A stretch of 40,189 nt of DNA, taken from positions 1 to 40,189 of the IMG/VR virus record IMGVR_UViG_3300022738_000047. One strand, written 5' to 3'. Each line of letters opens with the position of its first letter. Positions within the stretch are counted from its first letter, which is position 1. Below, one piece after another: positions 1-8,562 of this stretch. A model generated the notes under the pieces. The model was not told the DNA's origin. It worked only from the letters and a program-made list of their open reading frames with translations, and did not search any database. The DNA comes from a virus. Its lineage: Duplodnaviria > Caudoviricetes. Made by a program: the position numbers and the translations under genes.

Positions 1-792
1 CTAAAAGAGCCCAGCGGGTTCCGCCTCGATATCCCAACTAAAGATAATCACCTCCTTTGCATCGGTTCCTTTACCTCCACCAACCGTGTATTTGATATCC
101 GTTGTCTCTATGTGATAGTCAGCGAAGCACCGGCGAATGTCTGGATGGTCGTTTAAACTGATTATTGCTTTGCCCTTAATGCTACCTATGATCCTCGCCA
201 TCTCTTCGTACTGCTCAAAGCCGAACTCTACCCCGTAACCTTCTGTCTCCCAATAAGGTGGATCCATGTAGAACAGGGTATGAGGTCGATCATATCGCTT
301 AATGCAATCCTGCCACGCTGTGTGCTCGATGTAGGTATTTGCAAGCCTTAGGTGGGCAGCGGACAATCCTTCCTCCAAACGTAAGAGATTAAGACCAGGG
401 GGCTGTGTTGTAGCCGTGCCATAGGTCTGCCCCTCTACACGCCCACCAAACGCGCTTTGCTGCAGATAATAGAATCGTGCCGCCCGTTGGATATCTGTCA
501 GTGTTTCTATCCGAGTATCCTGCAGCCACTTGAACACCTGGCGCGAGCTGAGCGCCCACTTGAACTGCCTAACAAACTCCTCCAGGTGATGCTGAACAAC
601 TCGGTAGAGATTGATCAAATCACCGTTAATATCATTCAGCACCTCAACTTTTGCTGGTGCTGGTCTCAAAAAGAACAAAGCGGCACCACCGGCAAATACC
701 TCAACGTAACAGTCATGCTGTGGGAATAAGGGAAAAAGGCGATCAGCCAGCCTGCGCTTGCCTCCGATCCAGGGGATAATTGGGTTTGCCAT
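1..792 (-). CDS. D12-class N6-adenine DNA methyltransferase (in mom position)
   Basis: Motifs PWIGGK, YVEVFAGG, LNDINGDL and catalytic DPPY; GGAG SD upstream; last gene after com. Confidence 0.93.
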   Translation of the reverse strand: MANPIIPWIGGKRRLADRLFPLFPQHDCYVEVFAGGAALFFLRPAPAKVEVLNDINGDLINLYRVVQHHLEEFVRQFKWALSSRQVFKWLQDTRIETLTDIQRAARFYYLQQSAFGGRVEGQTYGTATTQPPGLNLLRLEEGLSAAHLRLANTYIEHTAWQDCIKRYDRPHTLFYMDPPYWETEGYGVEFGFEQYEEMARIIGSIKGKAIISLNDHPDIRRCFADYHIETTDIKYTVGGGKGTDAKEVIIFSWDIEAEPAGLF

Positions 793-949
793 TAGCGTCT
801 CCGAAACACGTATCTTGCGTGTGATAGCTCAGAGGCTCATTGGCCTTCATGTGATTTAGCTCCCTACAGCGGGGGCACTTAATTTGTATCTCAATGAAAT
901 CAGCGAGAGCCAATTTCTTTTTGCAATTTGTACAACGAACCTCTTTCAT
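743..949 (-). CDS. com: Com-family zinc-ribbon translational regulator
   Basis: EVRCTNCKKKLA...IQIKCPRCRELN (two CxxC); overlaps the methylase start as com does mom in Mu. Alternative TTG start at 958. Confidence 0.85.
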   Translation of the reverse strand: MKEVRCTNCKKKLALADFIEIQIKCPRCRELNHMKANEPLSYHTQDTCFGDANGKPNYPLDRRQAQAG

Positions 950-971
950 CCTGAGCAAACCTTTTTCAATC

Positions 972-1080
972 TGCTAAGCTCACCTTACTCTCGCGAGAGT
1001 AAGTGGCCTTGGCTGGTTTGCAGCTATTCCTGCTAACTGATGACCCATCCAAATGTTCGCGCATTTAGATGGGTCGCCAC
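972..1080. promoter_or_regulatory. Structured element upstream of com (three hairpins; possible antisense RNA or leader)
   Basis: Perfect palindrome CTTACTCTCGCGAGAGTAAG 984-1003; GCAG/CTGC stem 1020-1033; long stem 1041-1076; plus-strand extended -10 TGCTAAGCT 972-980. Confidence 0.55.
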
Positions 1081-1101
1081 TTCTATAATTATCAAATTGC
1101 C

Positions 1102-1389
1102 TTAAAGCGCTTCCACAACCTCATAATGTGGGATCTTTTCATAAGCGACATCGACACTCGCTTGAAGCGGTGCAACTAACAGCAGGCGGGCTGCATCTGC
1201 TTCGTCAGATTGATCAAACTGACGATTTTCTGGATCGTTAGCAAGTGTGTAGTACAAACGAATTTTTGTAATACTTACGCCGTTAGCAACGAAGTCGGCT
1301 TGAGCATCCTGAAGCGCGTTTTGATTATCGGATTCGTCATAATCTTGTGACGAACCGTTAACACGTTTAACTCGGTATAGATAACGCAT
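1102..1389 (-). CDS. Hypothetical protein (possible fibre-associated factor)
   Basis: ORF with GGAG SD before ATG 1389; weak internal duplication (QDYDESD / RQFDQSD). Confidence 0.6.
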   Translation of the reverse strand: MRYLYRVKRVNGSSQDYDESDNQNALQDAQADFVANGVSITKIRLYYTLANDPENRQFDQSDEADAARLLLVAPLQASVDVAYEKIPHYEVVEAL

Positions 1390-1427
1390 GGTTTTAATCT
1401 CCATCGATAAAAAAAGAAGTAAAAATA

Positions 1428-2207
1428 TCAAGCTACGCCACGGCCTAGATTGGGAATGTACAAATCCATAAAATCCGGCTCCACTAAATCCCTCCCTGTA
1501 GTCTCCGTCGTATGTATAGCGAACATGCCACAGCCATATGACCTTGCTCCACCAATTGGCAAACCAGAACTTATGGTGCCGGTACCTAACTGATTTCCGT
1601 CGTCGTCATAGATCGCGAATGTCGCAGAAGTACCCGCACTTCCTATTTTCAGTTTCAGCGAATACCAGGTTTCAGGTACCAACGTGTAAAGTGCGCTCGT
1701 ATTAACAACCGATCCGTTGTTCACAACGCGGCCATACAAATCCAGCGAGCCAGCATCTTTAAAAAAGGCAATTTGGTCGGTAGATTCGGCGGTTGAGATT
1801 GAATCAAAAAAGCCCATTCTGAAAATAATGTTTGTGTTGTATCCGGATGCAGTTGTTGAAGGCAGTTTGAATATGAAATTCATTTCCATATTTGCAGATG
1901 TCATGATGTTGCCTATCTGCGTCCGAAATGCATATCCACTATTTGCAGCTGTGCCATTCCGGATCGTGATTGTCCCAGGGTGCCTTGAAACACGATTTTG
2001 CGTTGCGACACCGTTAGCGGATCCGCCCGAACCGATAACTATCCCTTGCCAAATGCTTTGCGCTGCATTGTTATCAATAAAATCAGTAGCGGCATAATAG
2101 TTGTTAACGTCTTGAATACGCCGCAGTGCTATATCGGCTGTGAGCGCATTAAATTTATTGCGTACTGCCACAACTAAATCTGTAATGCGCGATACAAGCG
2201 TGCTCAT
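1428..2207 (-). CDS. Putative fibre tip / receptor-binding protein with ConA-like beta-sandwich
   Basis: N-terminal helix MSTLVSRITDL; beta-rich C-terminus (TWYSLKLKI, ATFAIYD); translationally coupled to the upstream gene. Confidence 0.55.
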   Translation of the reverse strand: MSTLVSRITDLVVAVRNKFNALTADIALRRIQDVNNYYAATDFIDNNAAQSIWQGIVIGSGGSANGVATQNRVSRHPGTITIRNGTAANSGYAFRTQIGNIMTSANMEMNFIFKLPSTTASGYNTNIIFRMGFFDSISTAESTDQIAFFKDAGSLDLYGRVVNNGSVVNTSALYTLVPETWYSLKLKIGSAGTSATFAIYDDDGNQLGTGTISSGLPIGGARSYGCGMFAIHTTETTGRDLVEPDFMDLYIPNLGRGVA

Positions 2208-2743
2208 TACACAAGACCAGTGTTAAATGTCGATACAAAATTAGTGTCTGGATCGCCAATCTCCACTGAGCCATAAGCATCAATGTTTGTGCGAGCATTT
2301 TGTTGCTGAGTCGAATTTAATCCCTGGCTTGCGGTGTCAATGCGTACACGATTACCCAAGGCAATTGTGACAGTCGACTCGAAACCGGCATCATTATTAA
2401 GTGCGGCAGCGAGTTCGTATAGCGTATCGAGAGCAGCCGGGGCGCCCGCTACCAGGGCATCAAATGCGGTAGAAATTTCAGCTGAAATTTTTGTAATTGA
2501 CCACGTTTTTGTCGTGCTTGACGTTTCGTTATCGTCAATTTCTACACCGCCTCCGCCACCGCCCGTGTCAATATCATCGATGGCAGTTTTCAGCTCGTTT
2601 ATCGCAGAGACTAGATTTGTTTTGCTTGTTGTATTCAGTGCGCTCAAATCCACTGCATTGCCGTTTACTAACGTGCGAATCGATTTGCACTCTGTCGCAA
2701 TGCGAGTCGCAAGATCTTGGATACGTTGCTGTAGAGTTGCCAT
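2207..2743 (-). CDS. Fibre-like virion protein
   Basis: LNTTSKTNLVSAINELK, APAALDTLYELAAALNND and QQQNARTNI motifs typical of phage fibre proteins; GGAG SD. Confidence 0.7.
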   Translation of the reverse strand: MATLQQRIQDLATRIATECKSIRTLVNGNAVDLSALNTTSKTNLVSAINELKTAIDDIDTGGGGGGVEIDDNETSSTTKTWSITKISAEISTAFDALVAGAPAALDTLYELAAALNNDAGFESTVTIALGNRVRIDTASQGLNSTQQQNARTNIDAYGSVEIGDPDTNFVSTFNTGLV

Positions 2744-2755
2744 TAAAAAACTCCG

Positions 2756-2974
2756 TTAAATTAATTTGTTTTCAAAAATTAGTGTGATATCGCCGGGATC
2801 GTAATCACCAACATTCCCCGCTGGTGGATAGCGCCAAACTCTTTTCCTTTCCGCGTCAATTCCTAAAAACTGATCGGGCTCACCTAGCGGCGGTAGGCCT
2901 TCAAAATTATTGCTAGGAACTGTTTTACTCCGGCGGACTACATTTGTGCGCACCTCAATCGTTGTGTCTGTCAT
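2756..2974 (-). CDS. Small fibre-module protein
   Basis: Coupled ORF with GGAG SD; ends GDITLIFENKLI. Confidence 0.6.
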   Translation of the reverse strand: MTDTTIEVRTNVVRRSKTVPSNNFEGLPPLGEPDQFLGIDAERKRVWRYPPAGNVGDYDPGDITLIFENKLI

Positions 2975-3318
2975 CGAGACACTCCACGCTCAAGAGTGAA
3001 TTCGATAACGTCACTTCGAATACCATCCGCGATTGATTGCTTTTGTATCCAGCAATCCATGTATGCAGTTTTAAACTTCAATGAATTTGTGAATTCGGGA
3101 GTTAATTTGAGGCTAATTTTTCCACCTGCATCAATGCGAGTGACATCAACATCGCCGTCAACCCAGGACTGAATAACGGGGCCATCGCTGCTTTCTTTAC
3201 GCAACTGAATTAATAACTCGTAACCATCAATAGGAAATTCGTAGCCATTTAAATAAAACGGAAAATTAATGGTGAGCGGCTCACCAGCTTTGATAATTTC
3301 TTGTTGATATTGAGTCAT
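2971..3318 (-). CDS. Putative Ig/BppU-like adaptor protein of fibre module
   Basis: Beta-rich 115 aa protein, first gene after late promoter; pattern LLIQLRKE...GKISLKLTPEFT...MDCWIQ. Confidence 0.5.
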   Translation of the reverse strand: MTQYQQEIIKAGEPLTINFPFYLNGYEFPIDGYELLIQLRKESSDGPVIQSWVDGDVDVTRIDAGGKISLKLTPEFTNSLKFKTAYMDCWIQKQSIADGIRSDVIEFTLERGVSR

Positions 3319-3350
3319 TGCGCGCCGCCCTACATTTAAACCCAGGGCGT

Positions 3351-3380
3351 AAAAAAACCCCGTAGTGTTAGTACGGGGTT
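3351..3380 (-). terminator. Intrinsic terminator after tail tip gene
   Basis: Stem AACCCCGTA/TACGGGGTT with 7-nt loop, followed by a U tract on the minus strand. Confidence 0.8.
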
Positions 3381-3425
3381 AGTATGTGATTTCGCATTGA
3401 TTTTGTATTTTTGCGCACGCAAAAA
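3381..3425 (-). promoter_or_regulatory. Late promoter 4 (Mor/C box + -10) for fibre/com/methylase operon
   Basis: Dyad TTTTTGCGCACGCAAAAA 3408-3425; -10 CATACT at 3386-3381, 21 nt away. Confidence 0.75.
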
Positions 3426-3430
3426 TTACT

Positions 3431-6400
3431 TTAGAGAGAACGCGTGATTGTGTGGTTGTATTTCTGACTGCTTACCAATCCGCCGCGAACAGATTCCAAT
3501 TCAATGCGCAATTGGGTATTTAACGAAGGAACATATTTTCCCAATTGCGCGCCTGGTGGTGTAAAGTTTGAAACGTAACGCGCTGACCTAGTAATACGGA
3601 AGTCGTCCATGTAGCCGGTAAAATATTTTAAAACACCGGTTAAGCGTGCGGTTCCAATATAAATACTTCCCGCAACATTCTGTACTGCATTTGAGGACGT
3701 TTGCACAGTTCCTATTAGCACTCCATCTCTAAAAAATCTATAACTAGATCCTTGCTTCGTCACAGCAATATGGAACCAAGTATTTGTGGGAGGCGCATCA
3801 GCTACCCCCAATAAAATATTAGACGACGAAATGTAATCATAAAACACCCATGCATTAGGAATGGAATCGGTACTTGCAGAATAGTAAAAAATGGTTCTGT
3901 TGCTGTCACTTCCCGTTGATGCCAATTGGCTGTAAATAGGAATGTAGCCGCCACTATTGAATGTGCCATATACCCAACATTCAATCGTGAAATCGCCGCT
4001 TCCAAAATAAAAATCATTTGAATCCGGATAAGTTAGATAATCGCCAGTGCCATCAAAATAAGCAGCCGACCCGCCAAACTTGGATTGTGTTGTCGATATC
4101 TTTACATCACCATTTGCAGTCAATAACTTATTAAGTTCTGCAACGTTTTCAAACAAGACTGCATTGTTTGCGCCGTTCATATTGGCGAGCAAAACAACAT
4201 TTGACCAATAAGCATCAATAGGTAAAAACGATGTAGTCGGTGCTGAAAAATCGGCTGTGTATTTTGCTCCACTGCGTACCCTGAAATCGTCCATGTAACC
4301 TAACCAGGTGATGAGTGTCCATTGATCACGGCCAATATACAATCCATCACCGCTTACACCAATTGCCGCACTTTCTGTTGCTGAACCAATTCCTGTTCCG
4401 TTTAAATAAACAGCCCAGGTTGTGCCATTACGAACCAATGCAACGTGATACCAGGTGTTAACGCTTAAGGTATTCGATGGAAAAATTGAGAATGCAGATG
4501 AACCGGAATTTGTCCACGCCTCAACATATAATCTGCCGGTGTTTGTCATGCTAAAACACCAACCTGCACGACTGCCCGTTGCCAGTGCCGTGGTACAAGC
4601 AATCGTCCCCGCTCTGGTGACATCAGATGTATAAATAAATCCTTCCAGGGTGAAGTTTGAAGTACCTGCATAGGTCGAATCGAAAGGTGCGCTAATGAAC
4701 GTGGTACCGCCACCATCCAACGATAATGCCGATGAACCAAACTTGAATTGTGATGTTGATATCTTCGCATTACCAAAAACACTAATGGTTTTTTTGGAAT
4801 CTGATGCATCAATAATATTGGTTGAATTATTGGAATCCTCGAAGATCAGCGCGAGAACATTGTCTGACCAATTAATATCTTTAACGTATTTTTCCAACTG
4901 CCTGAATGGTTTTGTAAAGGTAGAGGTGTAACGTCCGGTTCCTTTTGTGACCCTGACGTCATCAATGTAGCCTGTAAAGAAGTTAGCGTTTGTGTCACCT
5001 CCGATGTTCGTTGTTCCGCTTCCGGTGTAAGGAACGATACTGGACGTTGTCGATGTATCCAGCGCCCCGTTTACAAATAAATACCAGTTGTTCCCGCTTC
5101 TAACAGCTGCGACGTGATACCAGGTGTTGATACTCATGGTCACTGTGCCAGTCATATCAATTTGATAGGCCGTATTAGAATTTGAGGCAACGAGGCGAAG
5201 TTTTCCTGCTGCTGAGAAAAATAAACCAACTGGCGTGTAATTAACGTTGTCGTTTCGCCTGGTCGTTATGATTGCCCCCAAGCTTCCAATTACGGTAGGC
5301 CTTATCCAGCATTCGATGGTGAAGTCACCACTCAATTGAAAGTTGGATGAATCGGTAATGGTTAGACAGTCTCCTGTGCCATCAAAAACAGCAGATGCAC
5401 CGCCATACATATATTGAGCGGTTGAAATCTTTGCATCACCCAAAGGCGTTAAAAAATTGCCGCTGCCATCAACAAATGTTGTCGAATTATTTGCAGCATT
5501 AAAATTCAATAGCAAAGGTGTTTTTGACCAAAGCGGATCAACAATTTGAGACGATCCACCACCACCGTTATCCAATTGCTCCTGGACGGTTGTGTAGAGG
5601 TAACTTGTTCCTGAAATTGCAGACTGGGTACGAATCAAAAGGTTGTACTGGTTATAAATTCGTAAGGTATATGTGGTGCCCGGTTCAGGCCCAATATCGC
5701 CGTAGGTTGTATCCTGGAGCGTGCCCGCAGTTTGCAATAACCTGTCACGATGCGCCCAAGAAAAATTAATATCCGCACTGGCAGTAACCGTCGCTCCAAA
5801 AGCAACGCCGTTCACTTTAAAATTACCCGGCGGATAAGGACGCGCAGCGCGACCATGGAAGGTTAATGATTGCGCCGAAGCAGCTGCAATTGGCAAACGC
5901 CCGGATGAAGAGTTCGGCAAAACTTTTACATTAATCGTTTGGCCATCAATGTAGCTTTGTGAATCGCTCGCGTTGTAAAAATCCCAAAACCAAATGCGAT
6001 CACCGACTACATGCTTTTGCGGGATTGTATCGAGTACGCCGCGCCCCACTGTGGCAGTGCGTGCTGCGGAATCCAATGCTTGAATGACAACAAGCTCATC
6101 ACCAATTTGCGCGTGCGACCCGATATGAACTAAATCGACATCAACATCATTTGTGAATGTGATACTCGTTGTTGTATAACCCATAGCAGTTGCAAGCAAG
6201 GCAGAAGGACTAAAATCCAATTCATCGGCACCGCGATATCCACCACCAGAATCAACCATAATTTGGGCATTGATACTGGATCCATTTGGGCGAACTGCCG
6301 CAACACCTAATGCGCCAACGGTAGTGTCAACCAACGCGCTATCAACTTCGGTTTGACCCTGCGCTTGAACGAGTTCGTAGTAAGGTAATTCAAAAGTAAG

Positions 6401-8137
6401 TTGCGCTGGAACCGGTGAAGCTGAACCGCGTGGATCCACCCAGGAGTCCGGTGTGACAACTTTAATCGCTTGTGCTGGCAATGAGTAAACATCCTGCGTG
6501 CACACAAGACGAATTTCATTATTTTTTCCATCGCCTTTCTTTTTATCAAAAATTCGCATCACAACGTTTGTTGCGTCGTAATCCGGCAAATTCAAAATAA
6601 ATACATCGCCAATATTGAGATGACTTACTTTGCGATTGCACACTAGATCAAATGCCAACAGCGAATTTGATTTCTTACGAAGGTCACTCGTTATCCTGCG
6701 AATTGTAATTGAGGCATTTGTAAAAAACGGATACCTGATAGTTTCTGACTTAATACCTTGCGTTTGTACCAGTGCTGTTTCAGCAACCATGACACTCGCT
6801 TCTTGATTTGTAGATGCATCAACATATACGCCGGTGATTGCATTTACTAATTCACGTTGATTTGTACTTCCATATTTTTCAACGCGAATATAAACCGATT
6901 TATCCACAACCATTAAGGTGTTAATGTCGTAGTCATCACGGATTAATTTTACGGTTAACAAGCCTTGATCATTTACGTAATGAACACCGTCAATGTGATT
7001 GAGGGTGTTGTCGAACATGTCTTCGGTTTCTTCAGCAGATTTTTGGTTATCCCACAAAAGGGCAATGCCCATTTTTTCATTGAAGAGGCGGTCTGCAACT
7101 GCTGTTAACGCGACGTCATTGACATCACTGGTTGGATTCCCCAATCCGTAACGCTTTGACGTATAAAGTTCCCGCAGCCAATGCGCCGGGTTCATGTCGC
7201 CACCTACTGCGATCGCATCCAGGGTAACGTTTAAATAATTTCCGCCCTGTATGGCAGTGGCATTTTCCGAAAATGCTTTTCCAACAATTTCATAAGTCCC
7301 AGTGGTTGGAATAGTAAAGTTGACGGGGTATTGATCGTTTGAATTGATATCGACATTGTCGCGGTTCGATGCACCAACAAGCTCACCGTTAACAAACATC
7401 ACGCAGCCATTATCGGCACGCAGTTGTACAACCAATCCAGCGGGCACGTTGTACAACGTTTTCTTAACCCAACAAATACTGAGTTGCGGTGTAGACCAAC
7501 CAGAAGGTGTTGGATACAACCAAATTTTATTGCTATCAAATGGCAATGTATCAGAGCCTTGCCAGCCGCTAGTGGGTACAGATAGATTTTCGTATCCAGG
7601 ATTAGCGTGATACGGAATCACCTGGTATTGCCAGGGCTCAGTTAATATCGTGTTTGTGTCGTAGGTGATTTCTGCTTTAGCGTCATACCACTGTGGCTCT
7701 CCCCATTCCTTTGTGTGGATCCTGGTACCTAAAAAAGACCACGCCTCCGGATATTCGGAATTGCCGATATAACATTGGTTTAATACTGCAGAAACAACAC
7801 CACGAAATGCAGGAATTACATTTCCAAGCATTCTCATTAAATAATTATTTTTGGGTTGAGTGCGGCCACCCATCATGATATCAACGGTACCGGAAACACC
7901 ATTCGCTTCTGAATTGTCGCCACCGCTAAATCCGGGCTTGGTGATAGGCTCCTTTGATCCACCGAACAAATGTTCTGCATCAATATAAATTGAACTGCCG
8001 GTAGAATTCCCTTGCCATGCGACAAGGTCTTTCACACGTATTTGGGTAACCTTGTCGATTGGGCCCATGCAAATAACTTGATGACCACCCAAGCGATATT
8101 TGTACCCGGTAGTTTGTTTTTGACTCTTACCGCCCAT
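3431..8137 (-). CDS. Tail tip / host-specificity protein with three LamG (ConA-like) domains
   Basis: MGGKS..GYKY, IPAFRGVVS, DMNPAH, RAARPYPPGN, SWAHRDRLLQ motifs of D3112/B3-type tail tip proteins; three FDG(T/G)G..FT(I/L)E..WYH(V/I)A..GY(I/M)DD(V/F)R-type repeats. Confidence 0.85.
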   Translation of the reverse strand: MGGKSQKQTTGYKYRLGGHQVICMGPIDKVTQIRVKDLVAWQGNSTGSSIYIDAEHLFGGSKEPITKPGFSGGDNSEANGVSGTVDIMMGGRTQPKNNYLMRMLGNVIPAFRGVVSAVLNQCYIGNSEYPEAWSFLGTRIHTKEWGEPQWYDAKAEITYDTNTILTEPWQYQVIPYHANPGYENLSVPTSGWQGSDTLPFDSNKIWLYPTPSGWSTPQLSICWVKKTLYNVPAGLVVQLRADNGCVMFVNGELVGASNRDNVDINSNDQYPVNFTIPTTGTYEIVGKAFSENATAIQGGNYLNVTLDAIAVGGDMNPAHWLRELYTSKRYGLGNPTSDVNDVALTAVADRLFNEKMGIALLWDNQKSAEETEDMFDNTLNHIDGVHYVNDQGLLTVKLIRDDYDINTLMVVDKSVYIRVEKYGSTNQRELVNAITGVYVDASTNQEASVMVAETALVQTQGIKSETIRYPFFTNASITIRRITSDLRKKSNSLLAFDLVCNRKVSHLNIGDVFILNLPDYDATNVVMRIFDKKKGDGKNNEIRLVCTQDVYSLPAQAIKVVTPDSWVDPRGSASPVPAQLTFELPYYELVQAQGQTEVDSALVDTTVGALGVAAVRPNGSSINAQIMVDSGGGYRGADELDFSPSALLATAMGYTTTSITFTNDVDVDLVHIGSHAQIGDELVVIQALDSAARTATVGRGVLDTIPQKHVVGDRIWFWDFYNASDSQSYIDGQTINVKVLPNSSSGRLPIAAASAQSLTFHGRAARPYPPGNFKVNGVAFGATVTASADINFSWAHRDRLLQTAGTLQDTTYGDIGPEPGTTYTLRIYNQYNLLIRTQSAISGTSYLYTTVQEQLDNGGGGSSQIVDPLWSKTPLLLNFNAANNSTTFVDGSGNFLTPLGDAKISTAQYMYGGASAVFDGTGDCLTITDSSNFQLSGDFTIECWIRPTVIGSLGAIITTRRNDNVNYTPVGLFFSAAGKLRLVASNSNTAYQIDMTGTVTMSINTWYHVAAVRSGNNWYLFVNGALDTSTTSSIVPYTGSGTTNIGGDTNANFFTGYIDDVRVTKGTGRYTSTFTKPFRQLEKYVKDINWSDNVLALIFEDSNNSTNIIDASDSKKTISVFGNAKISTSQFKFGSSALSLDGGGTTFISAPFDSTYAGTSNFTLEGFIYTSDVTRAGTIACTTALATGSRAGWCFSMTNTGRLYVEAWTNSGSSAFSIFPSNTLSVNTWYHVALVRNGTTWAVYLNGTGIGSATESAAIGVSGDGLYIGRDQWTLITWLGYMDDFRVRSGAKYTADFSAPTTSFLPIDAYWSNVVLLANMNGANNAVLFENVAELNKLLTANGDVKISTTQSKFGGSAAYFDGTGDYLTYPDSNDFYFGSGDFTIECWVYGTFNSGGYIPIYSQLASTGSDSNRTIFYYSASTDSIPNAWVFYDYISSSNILLGVADAPPTNTWFHIAVTKQGSSYRFFRDGVLIGTVQTSSNAVQNVAGSIYIGTARLTGVLKYFTGYMDDFRITRSARYVSNFTPPGAQLGKYVPSLNTQLRIELESVRGGLVSSQKYNHTITRSL

Positions 8138-8342
8138 TTAATTCACCTGCTTCTTTACGCGCAATTTCAACAACTGCCAGAGCCATTGCATCACCCGTTG
8201 CAAGCAACAGCTCTGCATCAATACCGTTGTGAATGAAATCGCGAAAATCCAAATTGTGCCGTTTAAAAAACATCCTCGCGCCAGGATCCAAACACATATG
8301 CGCGGCCTGCACGTGAAGTGCTGTGACAATTAACTTTTCCAT
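8127..8342 (-). CDS. Small tail assembly protein
   Basis: GARMFFKRHNLDFRDFIHNGIDAELLLATGDAMA motif; conserved position before the tail tip gene. Confidence 0.75.
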   Translation of the reverse strand: MEKLIVTALHVQAAHMCLDPGARMFFKRHNLDFRDFIHNGIDAELLLATGDAMALAVVEIARKEAGELNGR

Positions 8343-8560
8343 TACACGCTCTTACGAATTGGAGTAACACGCAGGTCGCCATACCAAACCCAATTTGGTG
8401 ACGTGATGAGACGCGTTCCTACAAGCACCTGGATCACACGGCCATCTTCTGCAGTCGGGACTTTGAAATCTTTTAACTCAGCGGGTTTTGCATTTTGCGG
8501 TCTTGTTCTGCTCGCGTTGCTGATCGCCATTGAGATGACAAGTAAAATAATATTCCACAT
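8342..8560 (-). CDS. Small tail assembly protein
   Basis: Hydrophobic N-terminus and PTAEDGRVIQVLVGT...PNWVWYGDL motif; synteny. Confidence 0.75.
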   Translation of the reverse strand: MWNIILLVISMAISNASRTRPQNAKPAELKDFKVPTAEDGRVIQVLVGTRLITSPNWVWYGDLRVTPIRKSV

Positions 8561-8562
8561 GG

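Noticed and set aside
1-792. Restriction-modification system
   Set aside because: No cognate endonuclease beside the methylase within the window; context fits an orphan late methylase. Target sequence cannot be inferred.
1005-1080. tRNA-like look of the com-upstream element (GTTCG loop, CCA near end)
   Set aside because: No cloverleaf; a single long stem replaces the T and acceptor arms, and no D or anticodon arm is evident.
3431-5545. Diversity-generating retroelement or invertible host-range segment
   Set aside because: No reverse transcriptase or invertase recognised; LamG repeats are highly diverged, not adenine-specific template/variable pairs; no flanking inverted sites seen.
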